This document shows, piece by piece, positions 22,815 to 35,725 of a DNA stretch of 64,000 nucleotides; position 1 is the first letter of the stretch; each line of letters opens with the position of its first letter. Location of the stretch: NCBI GenBank assembly GCA_000002445.1, contig AL929603.2, positions 544,001 to 608,000 of the forward strand, in the 5' to 3' direction. A program made the translations under genes and the position numbers. This DNA comes from Trypanosoma brucei. Taxonomy: Eukaryota. The notes beneath the pieces are model-generated. The model made no database searches and was not told where the DNA came from. It saw only the letters and a list, made by a program, of their open reading frames with translations.

Positions 22815-24622
22815 GATGTATGTTAATATGTTTAAACTACAAAAAAGAAAAAAAAATGTACTCACATGAGAGGCAGGGGGGTTGTGGGGAAGTGCCTTTT
22901 GTTTACCTTTTTTTTTTAATTTTTTTTTCATTTTATTGCTACCGCCTTGATATTTACGAATATCTCTCAAGGCGCGTGCATCACTGCGCTGGATGGGAAC
23001 TGAGGAGGAAAAAAAAAAAGAAGAAAGGAAAGGAAAGGCCACGTACAAAAAGGTGTTGTTGTGTACTTGAAATGACTGAAGAGGAGGATATGCGTGGATG
23101 TAGCAGAAAAAAAAAATAAAAAGGAATTGCGACACGTGTATACAGAAATAATTTTTAATATTTCAATGAAATAAGGCAAATGTGCAATTTTCCTTTTTCT
23201 TTTTTTGATGCTCGCCCCAACTCACGTGATTTTGGAAGTATTTTTATTGTTGTTGTTATTGTTGAGTGCGTCACACCGCGGTACTTTCTCTCACAATTCC
23301 CTACCTTACCTTTTTGTCGTGTTTTCCTCAACACAATACATTTTTTTTCTTTTTTTTCCCCCTACAAAAGTGCCTCGTTTCTTATATTATAACCGTCAGA
23401 CGGAGTCATGTATGAGCATATATTTATGCATTTATTTATATACTTGCCTACATATATATATATATATATCATTATGTATTTGTTTTTTACTTTTATTATT
23501 TATTTATTATATTGATATTTATACATTTTGATATATTTGGATGTGCGTCTGTGGGAAAGTGGGGGCAGGTGGTAATGTTGTGGGATCATTTATATTATAT
23601 TATGTTATATGTTGTATCACTTTTTTGTCTGTTTGTTGTATCGTTTAGGTGTGCTTGGTTGTTGTTGTTTGTATTTGTTAAATATATATTATTCTTCACT
23701 TCCCCTTGCCTTTCACCTCCTTCTCATCCTCCCCCCCTTTTTTTTTTGTTTTTTAGTTTTTTGTTTTTTTGTATTTGTTTTACTTTTCTTCCATCTTTGC
23801 CTGCCCGCTCCCTTTGCCATGGTACAGCGCCTACATCGACAAATTATTATCATCAATAATGTTGTTATAATGTACTAAGTTAAATATACCGCAGCTACAC
23901 CGATCTGCGTGCCCACACTTGTGTAAGCCCGCGCATGTACATGAATGATTGGGGTGAATAAATGAATAAGTAAGTTTATTTATTTTTATCTTATTTGTTT
24001 TCCTTTTTTTTTGTGTGTGTGTGTAGGGAATCGTATCAGCGTTTTCTCTTTTCTTTTCTCGAGGTACAACCCTGAGAAAAGAATAGCAAAATCCCTAACG
24101 GCTACGCGCTGCGTGCCATAATGAACCGGACTTCTTTTTTTTTTCTCTCTTCTTCCTCTTCTGTCATTACACAACATGAGATATTTGTATCACCCCCCCC
24201 CTCCTTAAACCCCATGATGTGATTCCCCTCTTCCCCGACTACATCCCATCGTGCCACCCCTTGATATTTCTTTTTTGTCCATTTATTGAAAATATATATA
24301 TATATATATATATATACATATTCGTATACGGATTTTTTTTTTATGTTCCTCTTCTCCTTTCTTCTCTTCTCTTCTCTTCCTTTTTCTTTCCTTTTTTTTG
24401 TTTCGTTTTTTTTTTTGCGTTCTGAGCATCATTTTGATCATAATCTGTGCGGTGTCTTTTACTGTCCTGTTATCCATTATCATTTGTTTTGTCACTCTTT
24501 CTTTTACTTTTCTCCACCATTGAAGCGAATACCTCTTAGCCCATAGCTGCGGTGGTACCGGCTGCCAACTCATACATTTCATCGTTATATTTAAATTTCA
24601 ACTCGCACTCGCATCAGTTGTT

Positions 24623-25507
24623 TTGTTTTGTTTTTCTTCTCTTCTTCTCATGCGTTGCTGCAGCACGGCGCTTCGCACGGGTCGGAGGGGCCCTGGTGGG
24701 TGGACGGAGCCGCGACTTCAACAAGCCACCAGTACCGATTTTATGCGTGACTCCACCGGCACTGGTGGTGACAATAATAATAATAATAATAATGATGGCG
24801 GAAAGGGGCCGTCCTCGGCTCTCAAGCGGCATTTTAACGTCAACGATTTCTCTATGATTGAGCGGCAACAAATGACACTCACGAAACTGATGCGCATCAC
24901 GATGGATGCAACTTTTAAACCGAAAGATCCCGACAGCAGGACATATGGCGGAGACGGTGCCACGCAGAGAGCGGCACTTCGGGAAGAGCTCAAAACAATG
25001 GACAGTCGAATTGTCCCCTTCGCTCACGAGGAAATATTAAACGACTACCTTAAAAACATAGTGGAGCTCTCCGGTCCCTCGGGTCAGCGATATGATAGAG
25101 AAATGTTGCGAGGCAGACTCGTTGGCCTCCTTTTCTTCACCGAAACGGATCGATCACTGGCATTCATGAGGTTGTTGCGGGAGTTCCATCAGCGGCACAG
25201 ACGTGACTTTGTAGTTGTCGCCATATCTCTCGGTGGAAAGGAGATGATGGATATCACTCGACAACATGGTTTCTACCACTGCAGCCATCGTGACGGGGCC
25301 ACATGGGTTCAGCGTGATACAGGTTTAATGGTGCGCCCATGGACACCACTTCCAAGGCTTATTGTCGTCAATGGTACAAGTGGTGAGGAAATCACTTCTA
25401 GCGGTGTTACAGCTGTAAAGGCGCATCCAAACACATGTTTTGAAAAGTGGAAAAATGGGGAGGAGGGATGTGATTGGTGGGATTACATCAAAACGTTCTA
25501 TATGTGA
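24623..25507 (+). CDS. Hypothetical tryparedoxin/nucleoredoxin-fold protein lacking the CxxC active site. A downstream Met start is possible.
   Basis: 'RLVGLLFFTETDRSLAFMRLLREF...DFVVVAISLG...LPRLIVVNGTSGEEIT' aligns to the tryparedoxin pattern '[26 protein letters not shown]..FEVVF...IPTLIGVDADSGDVVT', with WCPPC replaced by TETDRS. The N-terminal 25 aa are basic/hydrophobic and could be a targeting peptide. Confidence 0.4.
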   Translation: MFCFSSLLLMRCCSTALRTGRRGPGGWTEPRLQQATSTDFMRDSTGTGGDNNNNNNNDGGKGPSSALKRHFNVNDFSMIERQQMTLTKLMRITMDATFKPKDPDSRTYGGDGATQRAALREELKTMDSRIVPFAHEEILNDYLKNIVELSGPSGQRYDREMLRGRLVGLLFFTETDRSLAFMRLLREFHQRHRRDFVVVAISLGGKEMMDITRQHGFYHCSHRDGATWVQRDTGLMVRPWTPLPRLIVVNGTSGEEITSSGVTAVKAHPNTCFEKWKNGEEGCDWWDYIKTFYM

Positions 25508-26481
25508 GTTGTCAAATGAAGAGGGAATGCGTGGCTGGGAAACGGGGATGCAATATATATATATATATACGCGAGTCTTTTTACCATTATCTGTACGCAT
25601 TGGTATTGGTTTGCCCTCGACGTTATTTTACGTAAATTCACTCAGGAATAAAATAAGGCATTGCAGTTCACGGGCCAACATTCCACTAGTGTTTATAATA
25701 TCGTTCTTTTTTATATCAGTGTAACGATTGCTCACACTTATTTAGGATCAAATTTCACTTACTTTCAAATTTGTGTTGTAACAATATAGAAAGGAAAAGC
25801 AAGTCATTCAAGCATGATAAGGAACCTTCAGCAGCGCCACTGCGTTAACTTCCACTCAACATAATAAAATAATAAAGATATTTGAATTTAAAATAAACTT
25901 ACCTTTCAAAAATCGCAGAAAAACACTTGAACGGAACGAAAAAATAAAAAAAACATGCCATCACCATATCAACAACATCAACAGCAAAAATAAAATCAAC
26001 TAAAACCTTATTTAAGGACGGAAAATAGATATCTATTATTAAACAAAATAAAAAAATCTATCAACATATAACTTGAAAAATAAAACAATAACTATAATAG
26101 AACAATCACAAATATTATTGAATCTCTCCCTCTCCATATATATACATATATATATATATATACCTTCGCACCATGTGTAGGTTTTCATTTACGTTCTTTC
26201 TTTCTTTCTTTTGTGAATTTGTTTTCTGTCTCAAATGTTTTTAATTCGCTTGGGACCTATGTTTTTCTTGTTTTTTTGCTCACCCTTTGTGTAGGAGGCA
26301 TCCTGTCACGTCTGTGGTTGCGTGTATGCCTTCCTTCCCCTTATTCGCTTCTTCCTGTCGTGTCACACCTCTTTCTCTCTCTCCCTTTCCGCCTTTTCTT
26401 TCAATCTTGTTTTCTCGACCAGTCCTACTAGAGGAGAAAGAATAGTAACCCTTTCATCAAAGAAAATAGTTCAAACGAATT

Positions 26482-27810
26482 ATGCGCGAAATCGTCTGCG
26501 TTCAGGCTGGCCAATGCGGCAACCAGATCGGCTCAAAGTTCTGGGAGGTGATCAGTGACGAGCACGGTGTGGACCCCACAGGTACCTACCAGGGTGACTC
26601 TGACCTGCAGCTGGAGCGCATCAATGTGTACTTTGATGAGGCAACGGGAGGTCGCTATGTGCCCCGCTCCGTGCTGATTGATCTGGAGCCAGGTACAATG
26701 GACTCCGTACGTGCTGGCCCCTATGGTCAGATCTTCCGCCCCGACAACTTCATCTTTGGACAGTCTGGCGCCGGCAACAACTGGGCAAAGGGCCACTACA
26801 CGGAGGGTGCGGAACTGATCGACTCTGTGCTCGATGTGTGCTGCAAGGAGGCGGAGAGCTGTGACTGCCTCCAGGGCTTCCAGATCTGCCACTCCCTTGG
26901 TGGTGGTACTGGCTCCGGCATGGGTACGCTGCTCATCTCGAAGCTTCGCGAGCAGTACCCTGACCGTATCATGATGACTTTCTCCATCATCCCATCCCCC
27001 AAGGTGTCCGACACTGTCGTCGAGCCGTACAATACGACTCTCTCCGTGCACCAACTTGTGGAAAACTCCGATGAGTCGATGTGCATTGACAACGAGGCAC
27101 TGTACGATATTTGCTTCCGCACCCTGAAACTGACAACACCAACGTTCGGTGACCTGAACCACTTGGTGTCTGCTGTTGTGTCCGGCGTCACCTGCTGCCT
27201 GCGCTTCCCTGGTCAGTTGAACTCTGACCTCCGTAAGTTGGCTGTGAACCTTGTCCCATTCCCGCGTCTGCACTTCTTCATGATGGGCTTCGCCCCGCTG
27301 ACCAGCCGCGGCTCGCAGCAGTACCGCGGTCTCTCCGTGCCCGAGCTAACGCAGCAGATGTTCGATGCGAAAAACATGATGCAAGCTGCAGATCCTCGTC
27401 ACGGCCGCTACCTGACAGCGTCTGCACTCTTCCGCGGCCGCATGTCGACGAAGGAGGTTGATGAGCAGATGCTGAACGTGCAGAACAAGAACTCGTCCTA
27501 CTTCATTGAGTGGATCCCGAACAACATCAAGTCCTCTGTTTGCGATATCCCACCCAAGGGACTCAAGATGGCTGTCACCTTCATTGGCAACAACACCTGC
27601 ATCCAGGAGATGTTCCGCCGTGTGGGAGAGCAGTTCACCCTCATGTTCCGTCGCAAGGCGTTCTTGCACTGGTACACTGGCGAGGGTATGGACGAGATGG
27701 AATTCACGGAGGCAGAGTCCAACATGAACGATCTCGTGTCTGAGTACCAGCAGTACCAGGATGCCACGATTGAGGAGGAGGGCGAGTTCGACGAGGAGGA
27801 GCAATACTAG
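26482..27810 (+). CDS. Beta-tubulin (copy 1), 442 aa.
   Basis: [23 protein letters not shown]... carries the GGGTGSG tubulin signature and ends [12 protein letters not shown]. Confidence 0.97.
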
Positions 27811-28441
27811 ACGCGGACGGGGCATTTCCCGTTCGTCATTAGCAGTAGGTAATGAAGATGTTTGTTTCTCGTCCCCTTTCTCCTTCGTCCTTCTGTCATT
27901 TTGTTCTTTTGTGTTTATGTTTTGTTGTTTTTTTCTTTAATTTTTTTTTTCTTCCACGTTTGTGTACATCCGCGCGCCACTCTATTCAGAGAGCCACGGA
28001 TAGTAGAGGAGGTGGGAAGGGTATATGAGGGACACGCGTACCATGATGTGGGATGTATTGGGGTCCCTGTCTGTCCTTACGTGACTATGTATGAACCGTC
28101 ACGTGTAAGATGAGCTAGTGAGATCAACAGTACAACTCATCAACACGCCTTCTTCTCGTTAAATGTACACAATCTTGATCCTCCACCTTTATGGGTCCCA
28201 TTGTTTGCCTCTTCCGCTGTGTGGAGTGCGCCTACACGCACTTCTCACTTCGTAAGTGGTGGTGGCGTAAGTATTCCCTAATGTTGACTCTATGTTCTCC
28301 TCTCCTCACCCCCTCGCGGTGCTGATTTCTGACAGATCTTCAAACACTAGTTTAAGCAAAGGACTATTCATCCGTTTATATTAGCAACAGTAGGTACTAG
28401 CACCACTAACAACAACAACAAAGCACTTCTATTTATTTATC

Positions 28442-29797
28442 ATGCGTGAGGCTATCTGCATCCACATTGGTCAGGCTGGTTGCCAGGTTGGTAACGCCTG
28501 CTGGGAATTGTTCTGCCTGGAACACGGCATTCAACCCGATGGTGCGATGCCCTCTGACAAGACGATTGGCGTTGAGGATGATGCGTTCAACACCTTCTTC
28601 TCTGAGACTGGTGCTGGCAAGCACGTTCCCCGCGCGGTGTTCTTGGACCTGGAGCCAACAGTGGTGGATGAAGTGCGCACTGGCACGTACCGCCAGCTGT
28701 TCCACCCCGAGCAGCTGATCTCCGGCAAGGAGGATGCGGCCAACAACTACGCTCGTGGCCACTACACCATTGGTAAGGAGATCGTCGACCTCTGCCTGGA
28801 CCGCATCCGCAAGCTCGCTGACAACTGCACTGGTCTTCAGGGCTTCCTCGTGTATCACGCCGTCGGCGGTGGCACTGGTTCTGGCCTGGGTGCGCTGCTC
28901 TTGGAGCGCCTCTCCGTGGACTATGGCAAGAAGTCCAAGCTCGGCTACACGGTGTATCCATCACCGCAGGTGTCGACGGCTGTCGTGGAGCCCTACAACT
29001 CTGTGCTCTCGACACACTCACTTCTGGAGCACACCGATGTTGCTGCGATGCTTGACAATGAAGCAATTTATGATTTGACTCGCCGCAACCTCGATATTGA
29101 GCGCCCCACGTACACCAACCTGAACCGCCTCATCGGTCAGGTGGTTTCCTCGCTGACAGCGTCCCTCCGCTTCGACGGTGCATTGAACGTGGATCTGACA
29201 GAGTTCCAGACAAACCTTGTGCCGTACCCACGTATCCACTTCGTGCTGACAAGCTATGCACCAGTCATCTCCGCAGAGAAGGCCTACCACGAGCAACTCT
29301 CTGTCTCTGAGATCTCGAACGCTGTGTTTGAGCCCGCCTCCATGATGACAAAGTGCGACCCCCGCCACGGCAAGTACATGGCGTGCTGCCTCATGTACCG
29401 TGGTGACGTTGTGCCAAAGGATGTGAATGCTGCCGTCGCGACCATCAAGACGAAGCGCACGATTCAGTTCGTGGACTGGTCTCCCACAGGCTTCAAGTGC
29501 GGTATCAACTACCAGCCACCCACGGTGGTGCCAGGTGGTGACCTTGCCAAGGTGCAGCGCGCGGTATGCATGATCGCCAACTCCACGGCCATCGCAGAGG
29601 TGTTCGCTCGTATTGACCACAAATTCGATCTCATGTACAGCAAGCGCGCCTTCGTGCACTGGTACGTCGGTGAGGGTATGGAAGAGGGTGAGTTCTCCGA
29701 GGCCCGTGAAGACCTTGCAGCACTTGAGAAGGACTACGAAGAGGTTGGTGCCGAGTCCGCGGATATGGACGGTGAGGAGGATGTGGAGGAGTACTAG
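28442..29797 (+). CDS. Alpha-tubulin (copy 1), 451 aa.
   Basis: [24 protein letters not shown]... carries the GGGTGSG signature and a C-terminal ...EEDVEEY (tyrosinated alpha tail). Confidence 0.97.
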
Positions 29798-29984
29798 AAA
29801 GTGTGACAACGTCGCACCATGTGTAGGTTTTCATTTACGTTCTTTCTTTCTTTTGTGAATTTGTTTTCTGTCTCAAATGTTTTTAATTCGCTTGGGACCT
29901 ATGTTTTTCTTGTTTTTTTGCTCACCCTTTGTGTAGGAGGCATCCTGTCACGTCTGTGGTTGCGTGTATGCCTTCCTTCCCCTT

Positions 29985-30060
29985 ATTCGCTTCTTCCTGT
30001 CGTGTCACACCTCTTTCTCTCTCTCCCTTTCCGCCTTTTCTTTCAATCTTGTTTTCTCGA
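29985..30060 (+). promoter_or_regulatory. Polypyrimidine-rich tract in the alpha-to-beta tubulin spacer, a putative trans-splicing / polyadenylation signal region. It repeats in each unit.
   Basis: 'cttattcgcttcttcctgtcgtgtcacacctctttctctctctccctttccgccttttctttcaatcttgttttctcg' lies upstream of the beta-tubulin ATG. Confidence 0.45.
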
Positions 30061-30123
30061 CCAGCCCTACTAGAGGAGAAAGAATAGTAACCCTTTCATC
30101 AAAGAAAATAGTTCAAACGAATT

Positions 30124-31452
30124 ATGCGCGAAATCGTCTGCGTTCAGGCTGGCCAATGCGGCAACCAGATCGGCTCAAAGTTCTGGGAGGTGATCAGTGA
30201 CGAGCACGGTGTGGACCCCACAGGTACCTACCAGGGTGACTCTGACCTGCAGCTGGAGCGCATCAATGTGTACTTTGATGAGGCAACGGGAGGTCGCTAT
30301 GTGCCCCGCTCCGTGCTGATTGATCTGGAGCCAGGTACAATGGACTCCGTACGTGCTGGCCCCTATGGTCAGATCTTCCGCCCCGACAACTTCATCTTTG
30401 GACAGTCTGGCGCCGGCAACAACTGGGCAAAGGGCCACTACACGGAGGGTGCGGAACTGATCGACTCTGTGCTCGATGTGTGCTGCAAGGAGGCGGAGAG
30501 CTGTGACTGCCTCCAGGGCTTCCAGATCTGCCACTCCCTTGGTGGTGGTACTGGCTCCGGCATGGGTACGCTGCTCATCTCGAAGCTTCGCGAGCAGTAC
30601 CCTGACCGTATCATGATGACTTTCTCCATCATCCCATCCCCCAAGGTGTCCGACACTGTCGTCGAGCCGTACAATACGACTCTCTCCGTGCACCAACTTG
30701 TGGAAAACTCCGATGAGTCGATGTGCATTGACAACGAGGCACTGTACGATATTTGCTTCCGCACCCTGAAACTGACAACACCAACGTTCGGTGACCTGAA
30801 CCACTTGGTGTCTGCTGTTGTGTCCGGCGTCACCTGCTGCCTGCGCTTCCCTGGTCAGTTGAACTCTGACCTCCGTAAGTTGGCTGTGAACCTTGTCCCA
30901 TTCCCGCGTCTGCACTTCTTCATGATGGGCTTCGCCCCGCTGACCAGCCGCGGCTCGCAGCAGTACCGCGGTCTCTCCGTGCCCGAGCTAACGCAGCAGA
31001 TGTTCGATGCGAAAAACATGATGCAAGCTGCAGATCCTCGTCACGGCCGCTACCTGACAGCGTCTGCACTCTTCCGCGGCCGCATGTCGACGAAGGAGGT
31101 TGATGAGCAGATGCTGAACGTGCAGAACAAGAACTCGTCCTACTTCATTGAGTGGATCCCGAACAACATCAAGTCCTCTGTTTGTGATATCCCACCCAAG
31201 GGACTCAAGATGGCTGTCACCTTCATTGGCAACAACACCTGCATCCAGGAGATGTTCCGCCGTGTGGGAGAGCAGTTCACCCTCATGTTCCGTCGCAAGG
31301 CGTTCTTGCACTGGTACACTGGCGAGGGTATGGACGAGATGGAATTCACGGAGGCAGAGTCCAACATGAACGATCTCGTGTCTGAGTACCAGCAGTACCA
31401 GGATGCCACGATTGAGGAGGAGGGCGAGTTCGACGAGGAGGAGCAATACTAG
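30124..31452 (+). CDS. Beta-tubulin (copy 2).
   Basis: Identical protein to copy 1. Confidence 0.97.
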
Positions 31453-32083
31453 ACGCGGACGGGGCATTTCCCGTTCGTCATTAGCAGTAGGTAATGAAGA
31501 TGTTTGTTTCTCGTCCCCTTTCTCCTTCGTCCTTCTGTCATTTTGTTCTTTTGTGTTTATGTTTTGTTGTTTTTTTCTTTAATTTTTTTTTTCTTCCACG
31601 TTTGTGTACATCCGCGCGCCACTCTATTCAGAGAGCCACGGATAGTAGAGGAGGTGGGAAGGGTATATGAGGGACACGCGTACCATGATGTGGGATGTAT
31701 TGGGGTCCCTGTCTGTCCTTACGTGACTATGTATGAACCGTCACGTGTAAGATGAGCTAGTGAGATCAACAGTACAACTCATCAACACGCCTTCTTCTCG
31801 TTAAATGTACACAATCTTGATCCTCCACCTTTATGGGTCCCATTGTTTGCCTCTTCCGCTGTGTGGAGTGCGCCTACACGCACTTCTCACTTCGTAAGTG
31901 GTGGTGGCGTAAGTATTGCCTAATGTTGACTCTATGTTCTCCTCTCCTCACCCCCTCGCGGTGCTGATTTCTGACAGATCTTCAAACACTAGTTTAAGCA
32001 AAGGACTATTCATCCGTTTATATTAGCAACAGTAGGTACTAGCACCACTAACAACAACAACAAAGCACTTCTATTTATTTATC

Positions 32084-33439
32084 ATGCGTGAGGCTATCTG
32101 CATCCACATTGGTCAGGCTGGTTGCCAGGTTGGTAACGCCTGCTGGGAATTGTTCTGCCTGGAACACGGCATTCAACCCGATGGTGCGATGCCCTCTGAC
32201 AAGACGATTGGCGTTGAGGATGATGCGTTCAACACCTTCTTCTCTGAGACTGGTGCTGGCAAGCACGTTCCCCGCGCGGTGTTCTTGGACCTGGAGCCAA
32301 CAGTGGTGGATGAAGTGCGCACTGGCACGTACCGCCAGCTGTTCCACCCCGAGCAGCTGATCTCCGGCAAGGAGGATGCGGCCAACAACTACGCTCGTGG
32401 CCACTACACCATTGGTAAGGAGATCGTCGACCTCTGCCTGGACCGCATCCGCAAGCTCGCTGACAACTGCACTGGTCTTCAGGGCTTCCTCGTGTATCAC
32501 GCCGTCGGCGGTGGCACTGGTTCTGGCCTGGGTGCGCTGCTCTTGGAGCGCCTCTCCGTGGACTATGGCAAGAAGTCCAAGCTCGGCTACACGGTGTATC
32601 CATCACCGCAGGTGTCGACGGCTGTCGTGGAGCCCTACAACTCTGTGCTCTCGACACACTCACTTCTGGAGCACACCGATGTTGCTGCGATGCTTGACAA
32701 TGAAGCAATTTATGATTTGACTCGCCGCAACCTCGATATTGAGCGCCCCACGTACACCAACCTGAACCGCCTCATCGGTCAGGTGGTTTCCTCGCTGACA
32801 GCGTCCCTCCGCTTCGACGGTGCATTGAACGTGGATCTGACAGAGTTCCAGACAAACCTTGTGCCGTACCCACGTATCCACTTCGTGCTGACAAGCTATG
32901 CACCAGTCATCTCCGCAGAGAAGGCCTACCACGAGCAACTCTCTGTCTCTGAGATCTCGAACGCTGTGTTTGAGCCCGCCTCCATGATGACAAAGTGCGA
33001 CCCCCGCCACGGCAAGTACATGGCGTGCTGCCTCATGTACCGTGGTGACGTTGTGCCAAAGGATGTGAATGCTGCCGTCGCGACCATCAAGACGAAGCGC
33101 ACGATTCAGTTCGTGGACTGGTCTCCCACAGGCTTCAAGTGCGGTATCAACTACCAGCCACCCACGGTGGTGCCAGGTGGTGACCTTGCCAAGGTGCAGC
33201 GCGCGGTATGCATGATCGCCAACTCCACGGCCATCGCAGAGGTGTTCGCTCGTATTGACCACAAATTCGATCTCATGTACAGCAAGCGCGCCTTCGTGCA
33301 CTGGTACGTCGGTGAGGGTATGGAAGAGGGTGAGTTCTCCGAGGCCCGTGAAGACCTTGCAGCACTTGAGAAGGACTACGAAGAGGTTGGTGCCGAGTCC
33401 GCGGATATGGACGGTGAGGAGGATGTGGAGGAGTACTAG
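32084..33439 (+). CDS. Alpha-tubulin (copy 2).
   Basis: Identical protein to copy 1. Confidence 0.97.
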
Positions 33440-33765
33440 AAAGTGTGACAACGTCGCACCATGTGTAGGTTTTCATTTACGTTCTTTCTTTCTTTTGTGA
33501 ATTTGTTTTCTGTCTCAAATGTTTTTAATTCGCTTGGGACCTATGTTTTTCTTGTTTTTTTGCTCACCCTTTGTGTAGGAGGCACCCTGTCACGTCTGTG
33601 GTTGCGTGTATGCCTTCCTTCCCCTTATTCGCTTCTTCCTGTCGTGTCACACCTCTTTCTCTCTCTCCCTTTCCGCCTTTTCTTTCAATCTTGTTTTCTC
33701 GACCAGCCCTACTAGAGGAGAAAGAATAGTAACCCTTTCATCAAAGAAAATAGTTCAAACGAATT

Positions 33766-35094
33766 ATGCGCGAAATCGTCTGCGTTCAGGCTGGCCAATG
33801 CGGTAACCAGATCGGCTCAAAGTTCTGGGAGGTGATCAGTGACGAGCACGGTGTGGACCCCACAGGTACCTACCAGGGTGACTCTGACCTGCAGCTGGAG
33901 CGCATCAATGTGTACTTTGATGAGGCAACGGGAGGTCGCTATGTGCCCCGCTCCGTGCTGATTGATCTGGAGCCAGGTACAATGGACTCCGTACGTGCTG
34001 GCCCCTATGGTCAGATCTTCCGCCCCGACAACTTCATCTTTGGACAGTCTGGCGCCGGCAACAACTGGGCAAAGGGCCACTACACGGAGGGTGCGGAACT
34101 GATCGACTCTGTGCTCGATGTGTGCTGCAAGGAGGCGGAGAGCTGTGACTGCCTCCAGGGCTTCCAGATCTGCCACTCCCTTGGTGGTGGTACTGGCTCC
34201 GGCATGGGTACGCTGCTCATCTCGAAGCTTCGCGAGCAGTACCCTGACCGTATCATGATGACTTTCTCCATCATCCCATCCCCCAAGGTGTCCGACACTG
34301 TCGTCGAGCCGTACAATACGACTCTCTCCGTGCACCAACTTGTGGAAAACTCCGATGAGTCGATGTGCATTGACAACGAGGCACTGTACGATATTTGCTT
34401 CCGCACCCTGAAACTGACAACACCAACGTTCGGTGACCTGAACCACTTGGTGTCTGCTGTTGTGTCCGGCGTCACCTGCTGCCTGCGCTTCCCTGGTCAG
34501 TTGAACTCTGACCTCCGTAAGTTGGCTGTGAACCTTGTCCCATTCCCGCGTCTGCACTTCTTCATGATGGGCTTCGCCCCGCTGACCAGCCGCGGCTCGC
34601 AGCAGTACCGCGGTCTCTCCGTGCCCGAGCTAACGCAGCAGATGTTCGATGCGAAAAACATGATGCAAGCTGCAGATCCTCGTCACGGCCGCTACCTGAC
34701 AGCGTCTGCACTCTTCCGCGGCCGCATGTCGACGAAGGAGGTTGATGAGCAGATGCTGAACGTGCAGAACAAGAACTCGTCCTACTTCATTGAGTGGATC
34801 CCGAACAACATCAAGTCCTCTGTTTGCGATATCCCACCCAAGGGACTCAAGATGGCTGTCACCTTCATTGGCAACAACACCTGCATCCAGGAGATGTTCC
34901 GCCGTGTGGGAGAGCAGTTCACCCTCATGTTCCGTCGCAAGGCGTTCTTGCACTGGTACACTGGCGAGGGTATGGACGAGATGGAATTCACGGAGGCAGA
35001 GTCCAACATGAACGATCTCGTGTCTGAGTACCAGCAGTACCAGGATGCCACGATTGAGGAGGAGGGCGAGTTCGACGAGGAGGAGCAATACTAG
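33766..35094 (+). CDS. Beta-tubulin (copy 3).
   Basis: Identical protein, with one synonymous change (GGC>GGT near the start). Confidence 0.97.
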
Positions 35095-35725
35095 ACGCGG
35101 ACGGGGCATTTCCCGTTCGTCATTAGCAGTAGGTAATGAAGATGTTTGTTTCTCGTCCCCTTTCTCCTTCGTCCTTCTGTCATTTTGTTCTTTTGTGTTT
35201 ATGTTTTGTTGTTTTTTTCTTTAATTTTTTTTTTCTTCCACGTTTGTGTACATCCGCGCGCCACTCTATTCAGAGAGCCACGGATAGTAGAGGAGGTGGG
35301 AAGGGTATATGAGGGACACGCGTACCATGATGTGGGATGTATTGGGGTCCCTGTCTGTCCTTACGTGACTATGTATGAACCGTCACGTGTAAGATGAGCT
35401 AGTGAGATCAACAGTACAACTCATCAACACGCCTTCTTCTCGTTAAATGTACACAATCTTGATCCTCCACCTTTATGGGTCCCATTGTTTGCCTCTTCCG
35501 CTGTGTGGAGTGCGCCTACACGCACTTCTCACTTCGTAAGTGGTGGTGGCGTAAGTATTCCCTAATGTTGACTCTATGTTCTCCTCTCCTCACCCCCTCG
35601 CGGTGCTGATTTCTGACAGATCTTCAAACACTAGTTTAAGCAAAGGACTATTCATCCGTTTATATTAGCAACAGTAGGTACTAGCACCACTAACAACAAC
35701 AACAAAGCACTTCTATTTATTTATC

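Noticed and set aside
26533-27273. 246-aa and other long minus-strand ORFs inside every beta- and alpha-tubulin copy.
   Set aside because: Antisense shadow ORFs caused by strong GC3 codon bias of the tubulin genes. They are repeated identically only because the tubulin units are.
29819-30073. 84-aa hydrophobic ORF in each alpha-to-beta tubulin spacer (and a 78-aa one overlapping the beta start).
   Set aside because: Lies in the pyrimidine-rich intergenic/UTR region used for trans-splicing. The Leu/Phe/Ser-rich translation is typical of a poly-pyrimidine tract, not a real protein.
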